Below, in pieces: positions 24,101-39,600 of a stretch of DNA of 64,000 nucleotides. Positions within the stretch are counted from its first letter, which is position 1, and each line of letters opens with the position of its first letter. The translations under genes were made by a program, and so were the position numbers. The notes under the pieces were generated by a model, which was given only the letters and a program-made list of their open reading frames with translations, was not told where the DNA came from and did no database searches. Source of the stretch: Catajapyx aquilonaris (lineage: Eukaryota); contig KZ538379.1 of the NCBI GenBank assembly GCA_000934665.2, positions 1 through 64,000 of the forward strand. The letters are read 5' to 3'.

Positions 24101-27100
24101 CACATCTCAGAGATTTGGCAACGTCACAACTTCATATGTGCTCAATATTACAGCATAAAAATATTTCTCTGTATATGCAACTCATTTTAGTAACTGTCAT
24201 TAGTTACAGTAGGGGTAAGCTAACTTATGGGTTTTTGGGTGGTGGCTTGTGTCCTTGACAACCATAATTAGCCCCGCCCCCTACCTGTCGACCAATCAGG
24301 ATTCGATTTCTAATATGGGCGTTATGTTCTAAAACTTCAAGAATGAGATGAGTTTGTTTACTCTAACGCAATTGGTAACCAAGAAGGGGGAGGGGGGATA
24401 TTTCCCCACCAATCGTTCTAAATTCCATACAAAAAACTCAGCAGGGGGCGGGGCTAATTATGGTTGCCAAGGACACAAGCCACCTCCCAAAACGCTTAAG
24501 TTAGCTTGCACTCCTACTGTAGTAAATATCACCTAACCGAATCAGTGGTAGCGGTGGGGATATGGTATCCGACTGCTAATCGGGAGGTCCTGGGTTCGAA
24601 TCCCGGTGGCCGCCGACCCTGACCGTGGTTTTCTGTGGTTTCCCATGGTCTCACCAGGAAAATTCTGGGGTCGTGTGTCCCGTGCTGAATTTAATTTTTT
24701 TTTGCACATTTTTCACTAACGGAAACTTGCCCAATTCGCAAAACGCTTATAGCTATTGCAAATTTCGGCGGAAATTGTTCTTTTTGTGTAGCTCTTTTTT
24801 ACTGGATTTTCCACAATTTTTGGAACAACCCTGTATAGGTCCCACTTTTTTTTTGCACGCCCGGACAGTTACTGGCCCCCTCTAAATATTGAGCTTGCCC
24901 CCTTTCCTCTGTCGGTTCGGGATAACCCCTTTTGCAAAAAAAAAAAATGGCGAGAGGGGCAGGGGAGGGGGTGTTCTGGTACATGAATCGCGAAATCTGG
25001 TGGGCGCGAGAGAGATGAACTCAATCAAAGGCCATATTCTGCGAGTTCTCTTTGTGTGTGCACACTGCGCTATGCTGCATGGCACACTGGCCGAAACTAC
25101 TCACATTCCACTGGTCCGCTGATATCCTGATAAGCGAATCAGAATCTGCAGTGACCTCCCTCCCTTTTCAAAGAGACTCAACCGCCGAGGTGAACCTCAG
25201 GTCCGGAAACACACCCTCTCTTTCCCTCTACCCCTACCCTCTCTCTCTCTCTTTTTGTGCCAAAAGTCCAGCGGTTTCCATTTCCAACTCCGGACCAGTT
25301 GACATGGGGTCGCAGTTCATTTCATTTCGCCAAAACCATAGAAGCCCCCCCCCCCCCTCACATTCTCCAGTAAAGAGGAACCACCGGTTATGTTCAGTTT
25401 CAGCGACCTCCAACCCCCCTCCTCCACCTCTACCACTCAAACTTTCATCAAGCCTAATTACACATGTTCTCTTGTTTGCNNNNNNNNNNNNNNNNNNNNN
25501 NNNNNNNNNNNNNNNNNNNNNNNNNNNNNNNNNNNNNNNNNNNNNNNNNNNNNNNNNNNNNNNNNNNNNNNNNNNNNNNNNNNNNNNNNNNNGGGGGGGG
25601 GGGGGGGGGGGCATAAACCGAAAATGGCGGAAAAAACTTGGTTCAAGGTCATACGAGCTTAGGTGAATGTGAGAGATTTGAATGCGTGACGTGTGTATTT
25701 GATGGAATTATTAGAACTTTTTCCCCAAAAAATTCACGAATTAGTAATTTGAAAACATGATTTTAAAAAAAATACACAAGAGTTCGGGGGGCGCCCCCCC
25801 CCCCTCTGGCTACATCACTGACTAGTGCTATCTAGCAATGTCAAAGTAGCTATTATATCAAAATAGCCAAATATGAATATTAACGAGCATAACAACGACA
25901 TCAAAATATTATCTGGTATATGAAATAGCTGAATATAGGCATGATAAAGATATAATATGTGTAATTAGCTATTATAATTATCGATTACCGGTACCGGTAT
26001 AGCTAACATCACTATTAAAATAGCTAAATAGTTCAATATTAAGTAGCTATACAACGATATCACAATCGCTATTATATTAAAATAGGTAACAAAAACATTA
26101 AAATACCTATACAGCGCACCGGTGTCAAATATGGACATTAAAATAGCTTAATATCGATATTACACTAGCTATATAGAGATATTAAATGAGCTATCTCAAT
26201 ATGTAACTAATGTCACTATTAAATTGGTTGATAACAATTTTTATTAAAATAGCCGTACAGCGGTATCAAAATAGCTGTTATTTCAAAGTAGCTTAATGCC
26301 AATATTAAAAGAGCCATGAAGCGATGCTAACTTAGCTATTATAATAATAGGTAGCTTGCATCACTATTAAAATGGTTTAATAATAATAATATTCAACCAG
26401 CTATAGAGTGACATCAAAATAGCTGCAGCTGCACACGACATTTTTTAAAACACGTAATACAACGTGTTCCAAGTATTTGGGCCACTTCTTGATAACTGAT
26501 ATCGCCCGATAGCAGTTATTCTTTGTAGCTTGTTTTGTGCCCCTATAACCATGCGGTCCTACAGCAGTAGTTATACAGGGTGGTCCAAGTTCAAGTGTCG
26601 TTTTATAACGGCGATTAATAGCAGTGATTTTGCGATGACGTAGCAGCGACGCGTAAAATATCCCACTTCGGCGCATCTTCGGCGCAATCGAAGTGGGCAA
26701 TTTTACACGTCGCTGCTACGTCATCGTTAAGCGCTTCTATTAATCGCCGTTATAAAACGACACTTGAACTTGGACCACCCTGTATAGAATGGGGCACATG
26801 GTTAGTGTGGCACAACAAGTTACAAATTTTGTTGTAGCTTGTTGTGCCACTAACCATGTGCTTGTAGCTTGTTGTGCCACTGACCATGTGCCACATTCTC
26901 TGACTACTGCTATATAGGACCGCATGGTTAGGGGTACAAAACAAGCTACAAAAAAATAACTGCTATCGAGCGATCAAGAAGTGACCCAAATACTTTGAAC
27001 ACCCTGTATAGCTATTTAAGAGTCTACTTTTAACAGCTCTGTTAGAACATACCCCCACCCGGATTACACCTTCCCCGCTCCTGTAAACTCACTCTTTCCA

Positions 27101-30100
27101 TTCGCTTCACTCCATCCTACGTACGTTGGGCAGCAAAACCGGTCAAATCAAACGGAGAAACAAGTCCGTCGATATCAAGCCGGGGTGTGGCCAACTCATT
27201 TTGAACCTCTCACAATAATGATATCTGTTACCCTCCAACCCCAGTGTTGCCCCCTTCTGATGGAAAGAGAGGGAGCCTCCAAGTGCGGCAATTTCAATGC
27301 AGGGTTTGCAGGCTTCCAGTTAGTGGAATTGGCCTCCGCTCACCTCCAGCACACTTCCCCCTAGCAATAGTACAGTAGTCTATATATACCCCCCCCCCCC
27401 CATCCCATAATTACTAGGCGTTTTGAGAAGGGAGGGGCGCCCCACTCCCCCCCACCATGCTTGATGAAGACGGCAGGGTTCATTGCGACACATAAATTCG
27501 GGGACTTAATTATACACTTTACCTTTCCCGCTTTAATACCCGGGGGTTTGGATACTGGGCGGGGATGGGGGGGGGGGGGAGAGAACTGTTGAAAACGCGC
27601 CGTTGTTTCCCAAGGAGTGTTCGACTTTAGGGGGGAGCTGGCTTGCTTGTATATGCTTCTCTATTGCCCACCCTGCACACCCGGATTTTCCGGGGGTTGG
27701 AACCAGCTTTTGGATCCGGACCCCGCTTTCACACTTGGAGGACAGGAGGATTTCCAGGAATATTCAGGGGACGATACGGAGGGGGGGTCAGGGCCGGGGA
27801 ATTTGGGATCTCTAGGATCGGACTGTGTGGATAGAAGGACGGGTCATTCGCAGGTTTATGTCCAAAGGAGGGGTGTTCCAACCTTTATAGTTTGTCAATT
27901 GGACGGTGTTATGCAAAAATAGGTCAACCCGCAAAAAATGTCAAAATTGATGAGCTAACCCCAGTAACATATACATATTTTAGTTAAAATCACGCTGGTG
28001 ATATCTGCATACTTCTGCCACAAATGACCGAAAAGAACACCGAATTAATTTCACAGGTATGACCTTCAAACCCCTTTTTCTCAAAATTGGTCTCATGTGG
28101 GTTGACTCATTATTGCATAACACCGTCCAATTAAGTCCGGTGTCAGTAAAAGCGGTTAAATTAACAGATCCCTTCCATTGATTTCATTTAAGATCTCTTC
28201 CATGATTTATTTCAAAGAAAAGCATATATTCATTATTGTGATAACTATTAAAAGAAACAGCTTATTAAGCAGATTACGCAAGTATAATATTATTGTGACA
28301 ACGATGAAAACAGCTACTTATTAAGCAGCTTAAGCAGGGATAATATATAATATATTATTAAAAGCAACTGCTTGTTAGGCAGCTTAAGTAGGGATAATAT
28401 TTTTAACTATTAAAAGCAACTGCTCATTAATGTGTAAGCAGGATATTATTAGTATTGTTATTAGTATTAGTAATTATTATTACCAGTATCACTATTATTA
28501 ATTATTATTTCTATTATTAATTATTATTACCAGTATTACTATTATTAATTATTATTTCCATTATTAATTATTATTATTTGTTGTTATTATTAAATATTAT
28601 TATTAAATATTATTACCAGTAATACAATATATTATTAATTATTATTATTTGTTGTTATTATTAAATATTATTAAATATTATTATTATTTGTTGTTATTAT
28701 TATTTGTTATTATTATTTGTTGTTATTTGTTATTATTAAATATTATTATTATTTGTTATTATTATTTGCTATTAGTATTTGTTATTAGTATTAGAATAAC
28801 TACAAAAATAACTGCTTGTTAGGCAGCATGGATAATTTTTCTAACTATTAAAAGTAACTACTTATTAGGCAGTTTAAGCATGATAATATTATGAAAACTA
28901 ATAAAATAACTGCTTATTAAACAACTGGAGCAAGGATAGTCTTGGGATTACCATTGAACATAACCGTTTAATAAGCAGCTTAAGTAGATGCAATACTGTG
29001 TGATAACTGTTAAAAGTAACTGGGATTAAGCAACTTAGTAGTCAAACTTGATATTATGTTGAATTGACATACGTGTCCCGGCCAATTTAATCTTCTTTTG
29101 TACTGTCGAACTCTATCAACAAAATTTTATTCATATTCAAAAAAATTTATAGTCCATCTCAGATAGGATGTCATGAATAAAATTAGCTCCCCCCCCCATC
29201 TCTCTCTCTCTAGTCGTGCGATGCATTTCATATCTGGCTACCAGGTAATTGGATGCTTTTCTCGCATTCCCAAACGGTCGTTCCTCACCCCCTCTTCTAT
29301 AACACCCCCTCCCCCCCTCAAAAAAGATGGTGGCCCACAAAAAACTTATAACTCCAGTTATGATCTGTAATATTCGAACCTTCTATGCCACAAGAAAGTG
29401 GGCGTTTATGGGGCACTTTTGACTTGCAAAGGTAATTCCTATAGGGATGGATTTAAAGAGCGGGGCACGTCCCATATAACTTCCCCTCCCCTCCTCCCCC
29501 CTTTCTTTCTCCATGCTGTCCTGAGCCCCTCTTCACCTTTTTCGATAATGTAACATAGCAGTAATTCGGAATTAAGATGCCGACGGGAGCATGGCTCGTT
29601 TTCATTCCAGACATATTTTCAACTTTGATGGACTTGTTGTCCCGAGGACGCCATATTTTTTCTCTCTCTCTCTCTCTTTCCTCCCCTTCGGTCTCCCTCT
29701 TTTCATCCCCTCTAGTCTCCCCTTCTTGGTCTCTCCTCCCCCTTGGATCAGTATGTAGTAAAAACCCGTTGGGGTTGTTTCGTTTATTACCCGTCGCTTG
29801 GAAATGGTGACTGTAATGCGGAAGAGAGCGACAAAATATGTAATAACTGTCATTGGACTGGCCGACTGTATGAAATGGATTCTTTTGGAGAGAAGAAGAA
29901 GAGGGACCGGGTGGGGGGGGGGAATGAAGGGGGGTACCGTCAGAAAAAGATTGAGAAAACGGGGATGGAAAGGATTAAGTCTTGAAGAAATGTGGTGATT
30001 GGAAGGAGGGATCGTAAAAGATGAAAATACTACAGAGGGGGAAGGAGGTTTAATTATTACGAGGGGGTTGAGTTAGGGGCGTCGAAAATTATGGCCGCGA

Positions 30101-30562
30101 ATTTTGTGAAGGGGACACTGTGGCGCTACATGCGACTCAGAATTTTAGTTGAAAATGCTCGCGCATAACTGCGTGTGGGACTCTGCCCATGTAAATTAGC
30201 ATTAAATAAATAAATAATAAAAATTAATCGGTATGACATGACAAATAATAAATAATAGCTACAATGGGTTACTCACTGGACTGTAAAGTGTACACCGGAG
30301 TACCAAGGAGTAATTACCTGAGAATACCTGGGAGTACCAGGGAGTACCAAAGAGTACTACTGCTGGTGAACACCAGAGTACCGAAGTGATTAACCCCTTG
30401 AATAGCTAATTAATGACAAATAATAAATAATAGCTAAATAGTGACAAATAATAACTATATAATTGCTAAATAACGACAAATAATAAATAATTGCTAAATA
30501 ATGACAAATAATAAAGAATTGCTAAATAATGACAAATAATAAAGAATTGCTAAATAATCACC

Positions 30563-30605
<43 letters not shown>

Positions 30606-33600
30606 CAATGATAAATCAATCGTAGATAAATAAGACATATATCGACATAATTATAGCTATCATAGATAAATAAGACATATATCGACATAATTATAGCTAT
30701 CATAGATAAATAAGACATATATCGACATAATTATAGCTATCATAGATAAATAAGACATATATCGACAACCACGTAATTATAATATACTTGGTAGAAATAA
30801 AAATATACAAATAGCTGCAGATAGATAAATACATAATAAATAGAAATATACAGACACATAATAAATGGAAGTATACAGACACTAAATAATTGGAGATAGT
30901 TAGAAATAGTTTAGATATAAATAGATAAACAAATAGAATATTCAGTATGTTAGCGCAAATAAAGTGTAGCAGGATGTGAAAATTGTGCGCAGATTTTGCA
31001 ACCGCAACGTGCAAATAACATTAGTGCACATTTTGATTGTCGCATAGCTGTAAACTGGTGTAAACATTGCAAAATACAATACTTGCACGACATACCGGCT
31101 GATCACTTATTCGCCTTTAAAAAAAATATCGGGTTCAACAAGTAACAAGGGGTTAACATTTCAGTAATGCGAATTCAATTAATCCCTCATGTACATATAC
31201 AGAGCACTGCATTATATTGCTGCTGTGATTAATTTTGCAGTCTAATTAATTTGTTACACAAATAGTGTCAAAATGTTTTGCACCGTTCAAACGCGGAATT
31301 TAGCGAACCGGAAGAGTTACAGTATATTACTGAGCAGCTAATTCAATTAATTGTCAGCCGAACCCTCCCCCTCCCTTTCACCCCGGCCTCTCCCCACGCT
31401 CCCTGTCCCACCCATATAGTACGTGTTAATGGATCTTTTTACACGGGCATGAAATGTGCAAATAGAGCGGAAAATCGCGGGTTTTCAGGAAACAGCGGGT
31501 GTAACTGGTGAAATTTTGCAATTTCACTATTTAATTAAAGGAGCTGCTAGACCATCGTTGTGTTCCACCATAATTAGCTACCAAACATTTCGCATTTGAC
31601 AAAACACTTTGTTAACAGTTATATACCAGAAATAACTGCTAATATTATGTCCACAATGGTTGCGAATGTGAGCAAATGCTTAATTTCAATTGACAAAAAA
31701 AATGCGCCTGAAATGGAGTGAATCCAGCGTAAGAATATTTTACAAAATGACATTTTGCAAAAGCTGGAGAATTTTGGAATCGTAAAATTTGCAATATTCT
31801 GTAAATTTTTGTAAATCCTCCAATTTTTTTTGGTAAAATTTACAAAATTTGATTTTCACATATTTTGTATAGTAAATATTACGAATTTTCTTTCTGAATT
31901 GTACGCTATTTTACATAGTGACAGTCTACGAATTTTACTTTGAAAATTTTGCACATTTTTTTCTGTAGATGTTACACATTTATTTTGCAAATTTTACTCT
32001 CATTCTGTAAATGTTACACATTTATTTTGTAAATGTTGCGCATTAATTTAGCAAATTTTACTTTCATTCTAAATGTTACAAACTGTTGCAGATTATACCA
32101 ATTTTGAAAAATAATATGTGCAAATTTAATTTTTCCAATTCAACTAATCACTCGTAAAGTGCGACAAAAATCACTCATTTCAATTTTCAACCAACTTTTT
32201 CACTCCCAATGTTTCATAGTGTTTCTTTTTCTTTTTCTTTTCAAAAACATGTCTCCCTTTTTCCTTCATCTTTTTTTGTGTTGTTGTTTGGAGACGAACA
32301 AAAACAAAACAAAAAAACAAAGATGGTTTCCAATTGGTGGGCGAGAGAATAGGGCAGCTGGGTACCATATTCCGGGAGCTCGGGAAACACTAGGCGTATG
32401 CAATAAAGTAATTGTGTGGAGGGTAGAGATGTTGGGGAGTTTTTTTAAGGAGAAGGAACGTTCCTTCCTTTTTGGCCAAAAACGAGTTTAAAAAAAATAG
32501 TGGAAAAGTTCGTGTCAAAATATTTGGAGTGTAAATCAGCTTCATTTATAGCAGGAGGAATTTTTTAAATACTTTTGCACTATTTTCCGGTTCGTCACTA
32601 CTTTCCCCGAATAATAATAGCAGTGTTGGGAGAGTATAATCCGGGGAACTAGCCGAATACCGGAACACTCACACACACACACATTTGGCACGAAAGTTAG
32701 CCCGCAAGCAAATGACGATTGCATTAACCGTGCAGTACAGAGGATGTTAATGAAGTGACTGTGTATACGACTAAAAGTTAACACCGCCCTTTAGCCTCTC
32801 CAAAGTTTAAAAACCGGACCTGTACAGTCTCATGCTGTCAACAAAGTTGCATTTACAACAATGATTATGGGGTCAAAAATTACATTTTCTGAACCAACTC
32901 GGTATAGCAGCGGATCATCAGGGTTCCCCCAAAAAAGTTTGGGGGTCTATAGCATCGGAATTTTTTTCGTTGTATAGTCACGACTCCAATTCATCTCCAA
33001 CTTGACTTTTGGTCCACTCTTTTTATTCCTCCATCCAACAATAGACATCCTCTTCCCATGGCCCTGTGGCGGAGACAAAGCTTAATGTACAGAGTGTTCC
33101 AGGACTCGTCCCTTCGAAACTTCCTTTTTTCTCTTTCTACGAAACGTGGGGTAGTTCTAGAGCGAACTGGCACAATAGCCATTGAGGAAACCTCGGCCGG
33201 ATCCAAATGCGTTTCCACTTAACTTATGCATCTGCTAGAAAGCACAAAAAAAGTCACTTTGAAAGCTCCCCTTTTTTCTAAAGAATCCTTTGGAATACCC
33301 CCTGGTAGTAGAAGGTGTTCTGCTTTACATCCCACTGAGCAATTATAAGCAATCTTTTTTTTTTGGGGGGGGGGGGGTGGAAGGGGATACATTTGGAGGA
33401 TTGGCTTCAGGGAAAAACTAAAAGGTTACAGCAGTTTGGGGATGTATATTTGCCGCTTCTGCTTCCAATGAAAATTCGAGACGGAAATCTTGGAAGGAGG
33501 AGGAAGAAAAAAGTTCTGCACATTAAACTCCTGGAAAAAGCTTCCTTGAATTTAAGGGCATGTCAAGATAGGGTTATAAGGGGAGGGATGGGGGGAAGTT

Positions 33601-36600
33601 GCGCTTTTTTGGTGAAAAGGACCTCGGGTATTTGCCACTTCAGAAGGGAGAGTCTTCTTGTGCGAAAAGTCCTTTGAGATGGACAACTTTCCATGGGTGG
33701 GATCACATCACAGGAGATTGGATTGAGTCATTTGTGTAATTAATAGCTGGAGGATGTTTTAAGATGATCAAAAAATGGCTGTCGTCTAGAAAAATAAATT
33801 ATAAAAAATTATGTTTAGCCCATAATTATAAGCCTAACGTATACTATATACTAGATCCTTGACAAACAAAGGTGTAGACTCAAGGCAATTCCATCCATTA
33901 TGACCTTACTTTCCTCAAATGAAGCTTAGATTTATGTGCCATAGAGGACAATTGTTCATTTAAAATGCAGTTTAAAATGAACAATCATTCTCCTATATGG
34001 TTCATAAATAAAACAATAAATATACTACATGACTCACCCTGGACAAACAGAGGTGTAGACTCAAGGCAATTCTGTACATCATGACGTGACTTTCCGCAAA
34101 TGAAGCTTATATGTTAATTTATGTGCCATAATTATAGGACAATGTTCATTTAAAATGCAATTTAAAATTAACAACTGTCCTGTATGGTTCAAAAATAAAA
34201 CAATAAATATACTAGATGACTCACCCTGGACAAACAGAAGTGTAGACTCCTGGCAATTCTATACGTCATGACCTGACTTACCCGCAAATGAAGCTTGGAT
34301 TTAATCGCCATAAATGGTTCATTTAAAATGTACAAAAATTAACCTAAAGTAGATTCAGGCATAACTGGGTGAAATCTCCATGCCTGTATATTTCACCTCA
34401 TTTTATACCCAATTTTCCTCCATTTTTTGTACAAAACATGTCAAAGGCAACCTCCAGGAAATTCCAGAATTCCGTTGCATCAGGTAGCATTCCAACAACA
34501 CTGCACAATCGGTTGCAGTTGGCAACAATTTTATTTTTTTGCTAAAAAAATTACCCGATAATTCTTGCACCCACCAAAAATATATTTTGCAAGGTCTCTT
34601 AGTTTCTGTAAGTAGTTTCAAGCTAGACCTAAACTATGTCTGGAAATCTCAGGCATTCCAAGCACGCTTTGTGTATCACCGGATTATTAATGGCACAAAA
34701 GGGATGGGGAGGGGTGGGAGCTGCGTTATGAGCCCCCCGGTTTTATTGTTACGGATATAGCGTATGATTATAAATTCCAGTAGTATCTGATCCCGTCGGA
34801 GCGGAACTCGCCCTGGGCATTACTGTAATTGATTAAATATCGGGGAGCGCTCGCGCATACTGGGGAGAGGAGGAGGGATACAGAGAGGAGAGGGGGGGGG
34901 GATTTCAAACCCTTGCGAAAAAAAATTGCGAAAAAAATTCGGTAGTCACCTTATATACCCTTTAGCAAGTTGGGGTCCTATGAGAGCATCTAGTTTTTTT
35001 TCCGACAAAAAATATCGGAGGTTTTGTCACCCATTTTGCCGGCTCAACTAGAACAGGCAAGCCAAATATTTTGGCAGAAATAGGAAGAGTGTACAGAAAT
35101 ATTGCAAAAATTTGAACAAAAAATCAGTAGAAATTTTGTTCATATATTATAAAAGGCAGAGTTTGTTTGTTTGTCCAGGTTTGGTTCCCATGGCAATCTA
35201 TACAATAAAATAAAATAAATAGGTACAAATGAGTATTAAAATTAGCCAAATTAACAGTACCTCCTGCATATGACAATACAACAAATAAAATAAATACATT
35301 ACTAATAAATATTAAAATTATCTATATTAGTCTGCTATACAATGCAATGAAATATTTAAAAAATTAATACAAATTAATATTAAAATTAGCCAAATCAACA
35401 GCTCGTGTGCAATTCAATAAAATACATAAAATAAACACAAACAAGTCATAAATATTATTCAAATTAACAGCGTTGCATGTCAAATAAAACGTTCAAAAAT
35501 TTTCATCTGATTTAAGTAATAAATTCAGTTTTACGCTCTAAAAAGCTTTGCTGTCGCCTTTTTTTTTGTGAAGCCTTAACTAGAGTGAGATACGCCGATT
35601 TTTTTTGTCCTCCTTCCCCAAAAAAACATGGCATCCAAATTTCATTCGCACTGGTTGGTCCACATGCGCCATCAAAGTGTTAATTTGTACCAATGCACGC
35701 GCAGTTTTATGGGGTCTAATTAGCGTGCAAGCAGTACACTTGCACGCGTGTTTTGCACTAAAACGGGGAAGGAAACGGGAGCAATTCGGGATTAGTGTCG
35801 TTCTTTTTTCGCTCCCTGCAGGAATAGGAGGGGGGCCAAATTAGACTAGGAAGGTCCTTCAGGAGCTAACATGCCGCAACACACTTACAAGAGTTGGTCT
35901 AATGGAGTTGATGCGTGTTACGGTGACAATACACTGAAAGAGCGAAGGATTGACACTCGTATATAGGCTTATACTGGAAGTGATTATATTTGGGTTGAGA
36001 TATGCAAACTAATTATTCTGAGTGATATTCACAAGAATAATTAGATAGTAATACTCATTTTCATGCGCCTTTACGTACAAGCCACTCATTTTCATTCACC
36101 TTTACGTACAGGCCAATCATTTTCATTCACCTTTACGTACAGGCCAATCATTTTCATTCACCTTTACGTACAGGCCAATCATTTTCATTCACCTTTACGT
36201 ACAAATGACTCATTTTCATTCACCTTTACGTACAAGTGAATCATTTTTATTCACCTTTACGTACAGGCCAATCATTTTCATTCACCTTTACGTACAAGTG
36301 AATCATTTTCATTCACCTTTACGTACAAGTGAATCATTTTCATTCACCTTTACGTACAAGTGAATCATTTTCATTCACCTTTACGTACAAGTGAATCATT
36401 TTCATTCACCTTTACGTACAAGTGAATCATTTTCATTCACCTTTACGTACAAGTGAATCATTTCCATTCACCTTTAAATTAAAACCACTGATTTCAATTA
36501 GCTTTAAATTAAAATCACTCATTTTCATTCACTTCTACATAAAAATCACTCTTTTTTAATCGATCTTAAATTAAATCGCTCATTTATTCATGTTTAATTT

Positions 36601-39600
36601 ACCCTCGTTTCGATTCACTTTTAAATTAAACAAGATTGGCAACTGTGATTCGAGAGGACTTTTTCTCATTGGGCAGTGAGAAATGAGGCTGACAAATTCG
36701 TTGAAATTGTTAGATTTGTGACCGATACGACACGATACGATTCTACAGTAATATTGGACAACAATGACATAGAATGTTGTCAGTGTCATTTCCCAGCCCA
36801 AGGAAATAATTTCTTAATCGTGTAGAATATACTTTGGCGGATAGATTGACCACGGAAAACCCGGAAGTGGCCGGTCACTGTTGGGAATGAAACCTATTTT
36901 GGTGATTCCGAATCCGAAAACAGATTGTCGCAGTCTGATGCGATTTAGGCCCTGATACCTGTCCACATGCAGACGGACAGATCCGCTTTATAAGACATTT
37001 TTAATGAGAAAAAGTCTACTCGTTTTCATTCAGTTTTCAATAATTAAAAACGACACATTTCGGTCATCAACTTGAAGCACATTTTGCATAATATTATTGT
37101 CACTAATCCTAGCCAACTTCTGTAACATTTCCATTGATCTAGATGTAATCTTATGGGCAATATTCCGAAAATTTTTAAAAGAATCATATATTTTCAGAAT
37201 TTTTTTACTGTCAATCGTCTCATTTACTAAGCGGAAACATATCTGATAGCGCGAAATTGGGGGTTGTTTCACTTCATGATGACTTGATTCCCTTGTTCCA
37301 TACTCGGGTTATTAGGACAGGGAGTGCCCGGCGGGGTTTTGGAAAAAAAAAATCTCCGCTAATGGGTCCCCATCACCACGGGCTTATTTTCAGTTTTCAT
37401 CCCATTTGCATTGATAATCGACATATTACAAGGGAGTTAAGCCAAGTGTCATTTTCTGCTCGGTTATATATAGTGTGCTCCGGATTTTTTTTTTCAGTGT
37501 GTGTTGTATGCCAGCAGGTTTCAAACCCACATACACTCATTTTCTAGCTCGTAAAATTACTGGCTCGATAACTGGCTCGATGGATATGTGAAGCAATTAA
37601 CGGCGCAATCGATAAGATATGTGCGAATCATCCGCGTTCAAATGCACCCAAAGGACACGTAATCGCTCGACACCAGCTATGAGCAAGGATTTTACGCTGG
37701 TCTATTTTAGCAAAAAAAAAAATCCCAAATTTTGCAAAACTGTCCAGGTAGTACCATATTCCTCCCGTAGATGGCGCATACTACTGTCACTTACAGGGTC
37801 GTGCGAGAATGTATGATTTGTATGAATTAAAACCACTCATTTTAAATTGAAATAATAGTTTTCATCCACTTTGAAATTAAAACTAGAAAAAACCTCTATA
37901 TGCTCTCATTTTTCTACGCCTGCGTCCAGCGGTGGATATTTTAATCGTGTATTTATGCGCGAAATTTCAGCTACAGTAAGAAACTGAATGTAGTTTAGAT
38001 AAATAATGACTAATTTCAATTCGATTTTAACTTAAAAACGATCATTTAGAATCACTCATAAATTAAAGCTCTCTCTAATTCACTTTCAAATAAAAATCAC
38101 TCATTTTAAATCAGTTTCGAATTAAAAATCACTCATTTTAATCCAGTTTCAAAATAAAGATCACTCATTTTAATCCAGTTTCAAATTTAAAATCACTCAT
38201 TTTAAATCAGTTTCGAATTAAAAATCGCTCATTTTGATCCAGTTTCAAAATAAAGATCACTAAGTTTCAATCGGGTTGAAATTAAAAATTACTCATTTTC
38301 AATCGGTTTGAAATTTAAACCTACTCACTTTAATACAGTTTCAAAATTAAAAATCACTCATTTTAATTTAATTAAAAATTAAATATCACTCATTCTTCCA
38401 AACAGCATTCAGTTTCTTCATCTTGCTGAAATTTCGCGCATAAAGACACAAAATAAGACTCTGCAGCCTTAAACCCTAAAATATATGGGCCTGTAAATCG
38501 TTGTATCACCCACCAGTACTCTCCTAAAATAATAGTTATGAATCTATACAGTGCGGAAAATAATAAGCATTAATCAACCCCCCCCCCCACTCCCGCCTCA
38601 TGCAATAAAATCTTTAACGACAAGACGCGACCCACTTCTTATAAAAATTTTTTTTGCGTGTTGAGTATGACCATAATTGTTGTACTTATACCTCCTAGTA
38701 AATGCCAAGGAATAGTTTTAGCATCCCCTCCCCGTCCGATGAAATGCGGTGCTGTGAAGGGCCCCCCCTAATTAGGGCAGGCACCAAAAATGCCTTTTAC
38801 ACGTCCGAACTGCATCGTTGCAAAGTTACAACTTCATCAGGGTAATGCAGCTTTTCCATAATGCAAAGCTTTTGGAGAGAGAGAAGAAGTCGCGCCAACT
38901 GATTTATGTTGTGCCTGTACTAACTTTTATTATTTATTATGCAGCACAATTTTCGAGTAGCTGGGAGGGGAGTGGGGGTTGAAGTTGTGACGAGTTTTAG
39001 GAGTTAGGTCGAGCTTGGTAAGGGGAGGGGGAGAGCAGGCAGGCATTCTACCTGATTAAAATGATTAGTTTTCCTGTGGGACACTGCCCCTAGAAAGATG
39101 CAACTGGGCTTGGTCAGATAAGGATAGTTTATATTTAGTAGGTACAAACATTGTTAATAACAGTGCTCAAACTTTTTTTTTAAACAAATTTTATATTCAG
39201 GCTCAGTGGGATACCGCGATTAAATTTCTGAGCAAATTTGTATAGACGTGACGCACGGTACAGCAATTTTTTTTAAATCATGCAGAGCGACGAACCGTAC
39301 CTGGAATGGCCACTCAAATTTTTGCGGTTCAAGGTCACACGAGCTTAGGTGAATGTGGGAGATTTGAATGGGTGTGTATTTGATGAAATTGGTAGAACTT
39401 TTTCCAAAAAATCATTAATTAGTAATTTTTGCAGATTTTTTTGGATAATAGCCTAGGTGTCTCGGGGGGGGGGGCAAGTTTTCCCCAGTTTTCGCCAGTT
39501 TTCGCCAGTTTTTGGCATAAAATGAGTATAAAATTTCTTGACTTGTTCAGCTGGAGCCACACTGCATCAGTATTGTTACACGTCTCCGTTGTTTTCCTGA

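Noticed and set aside
25052..25666. 204-aa ORF and overlapping ORFs
   Set aside because: They are low complexity, run through an N gap and poly-G, and contain no recognisable domain.
36056..36476. CRISPR-like array (also the arrays at 48511, 58058 and 59053)
   Set aside because: The units are head-to-tail with no unique spacers, there are no cas genes, and the context is a eukaryotic intron.
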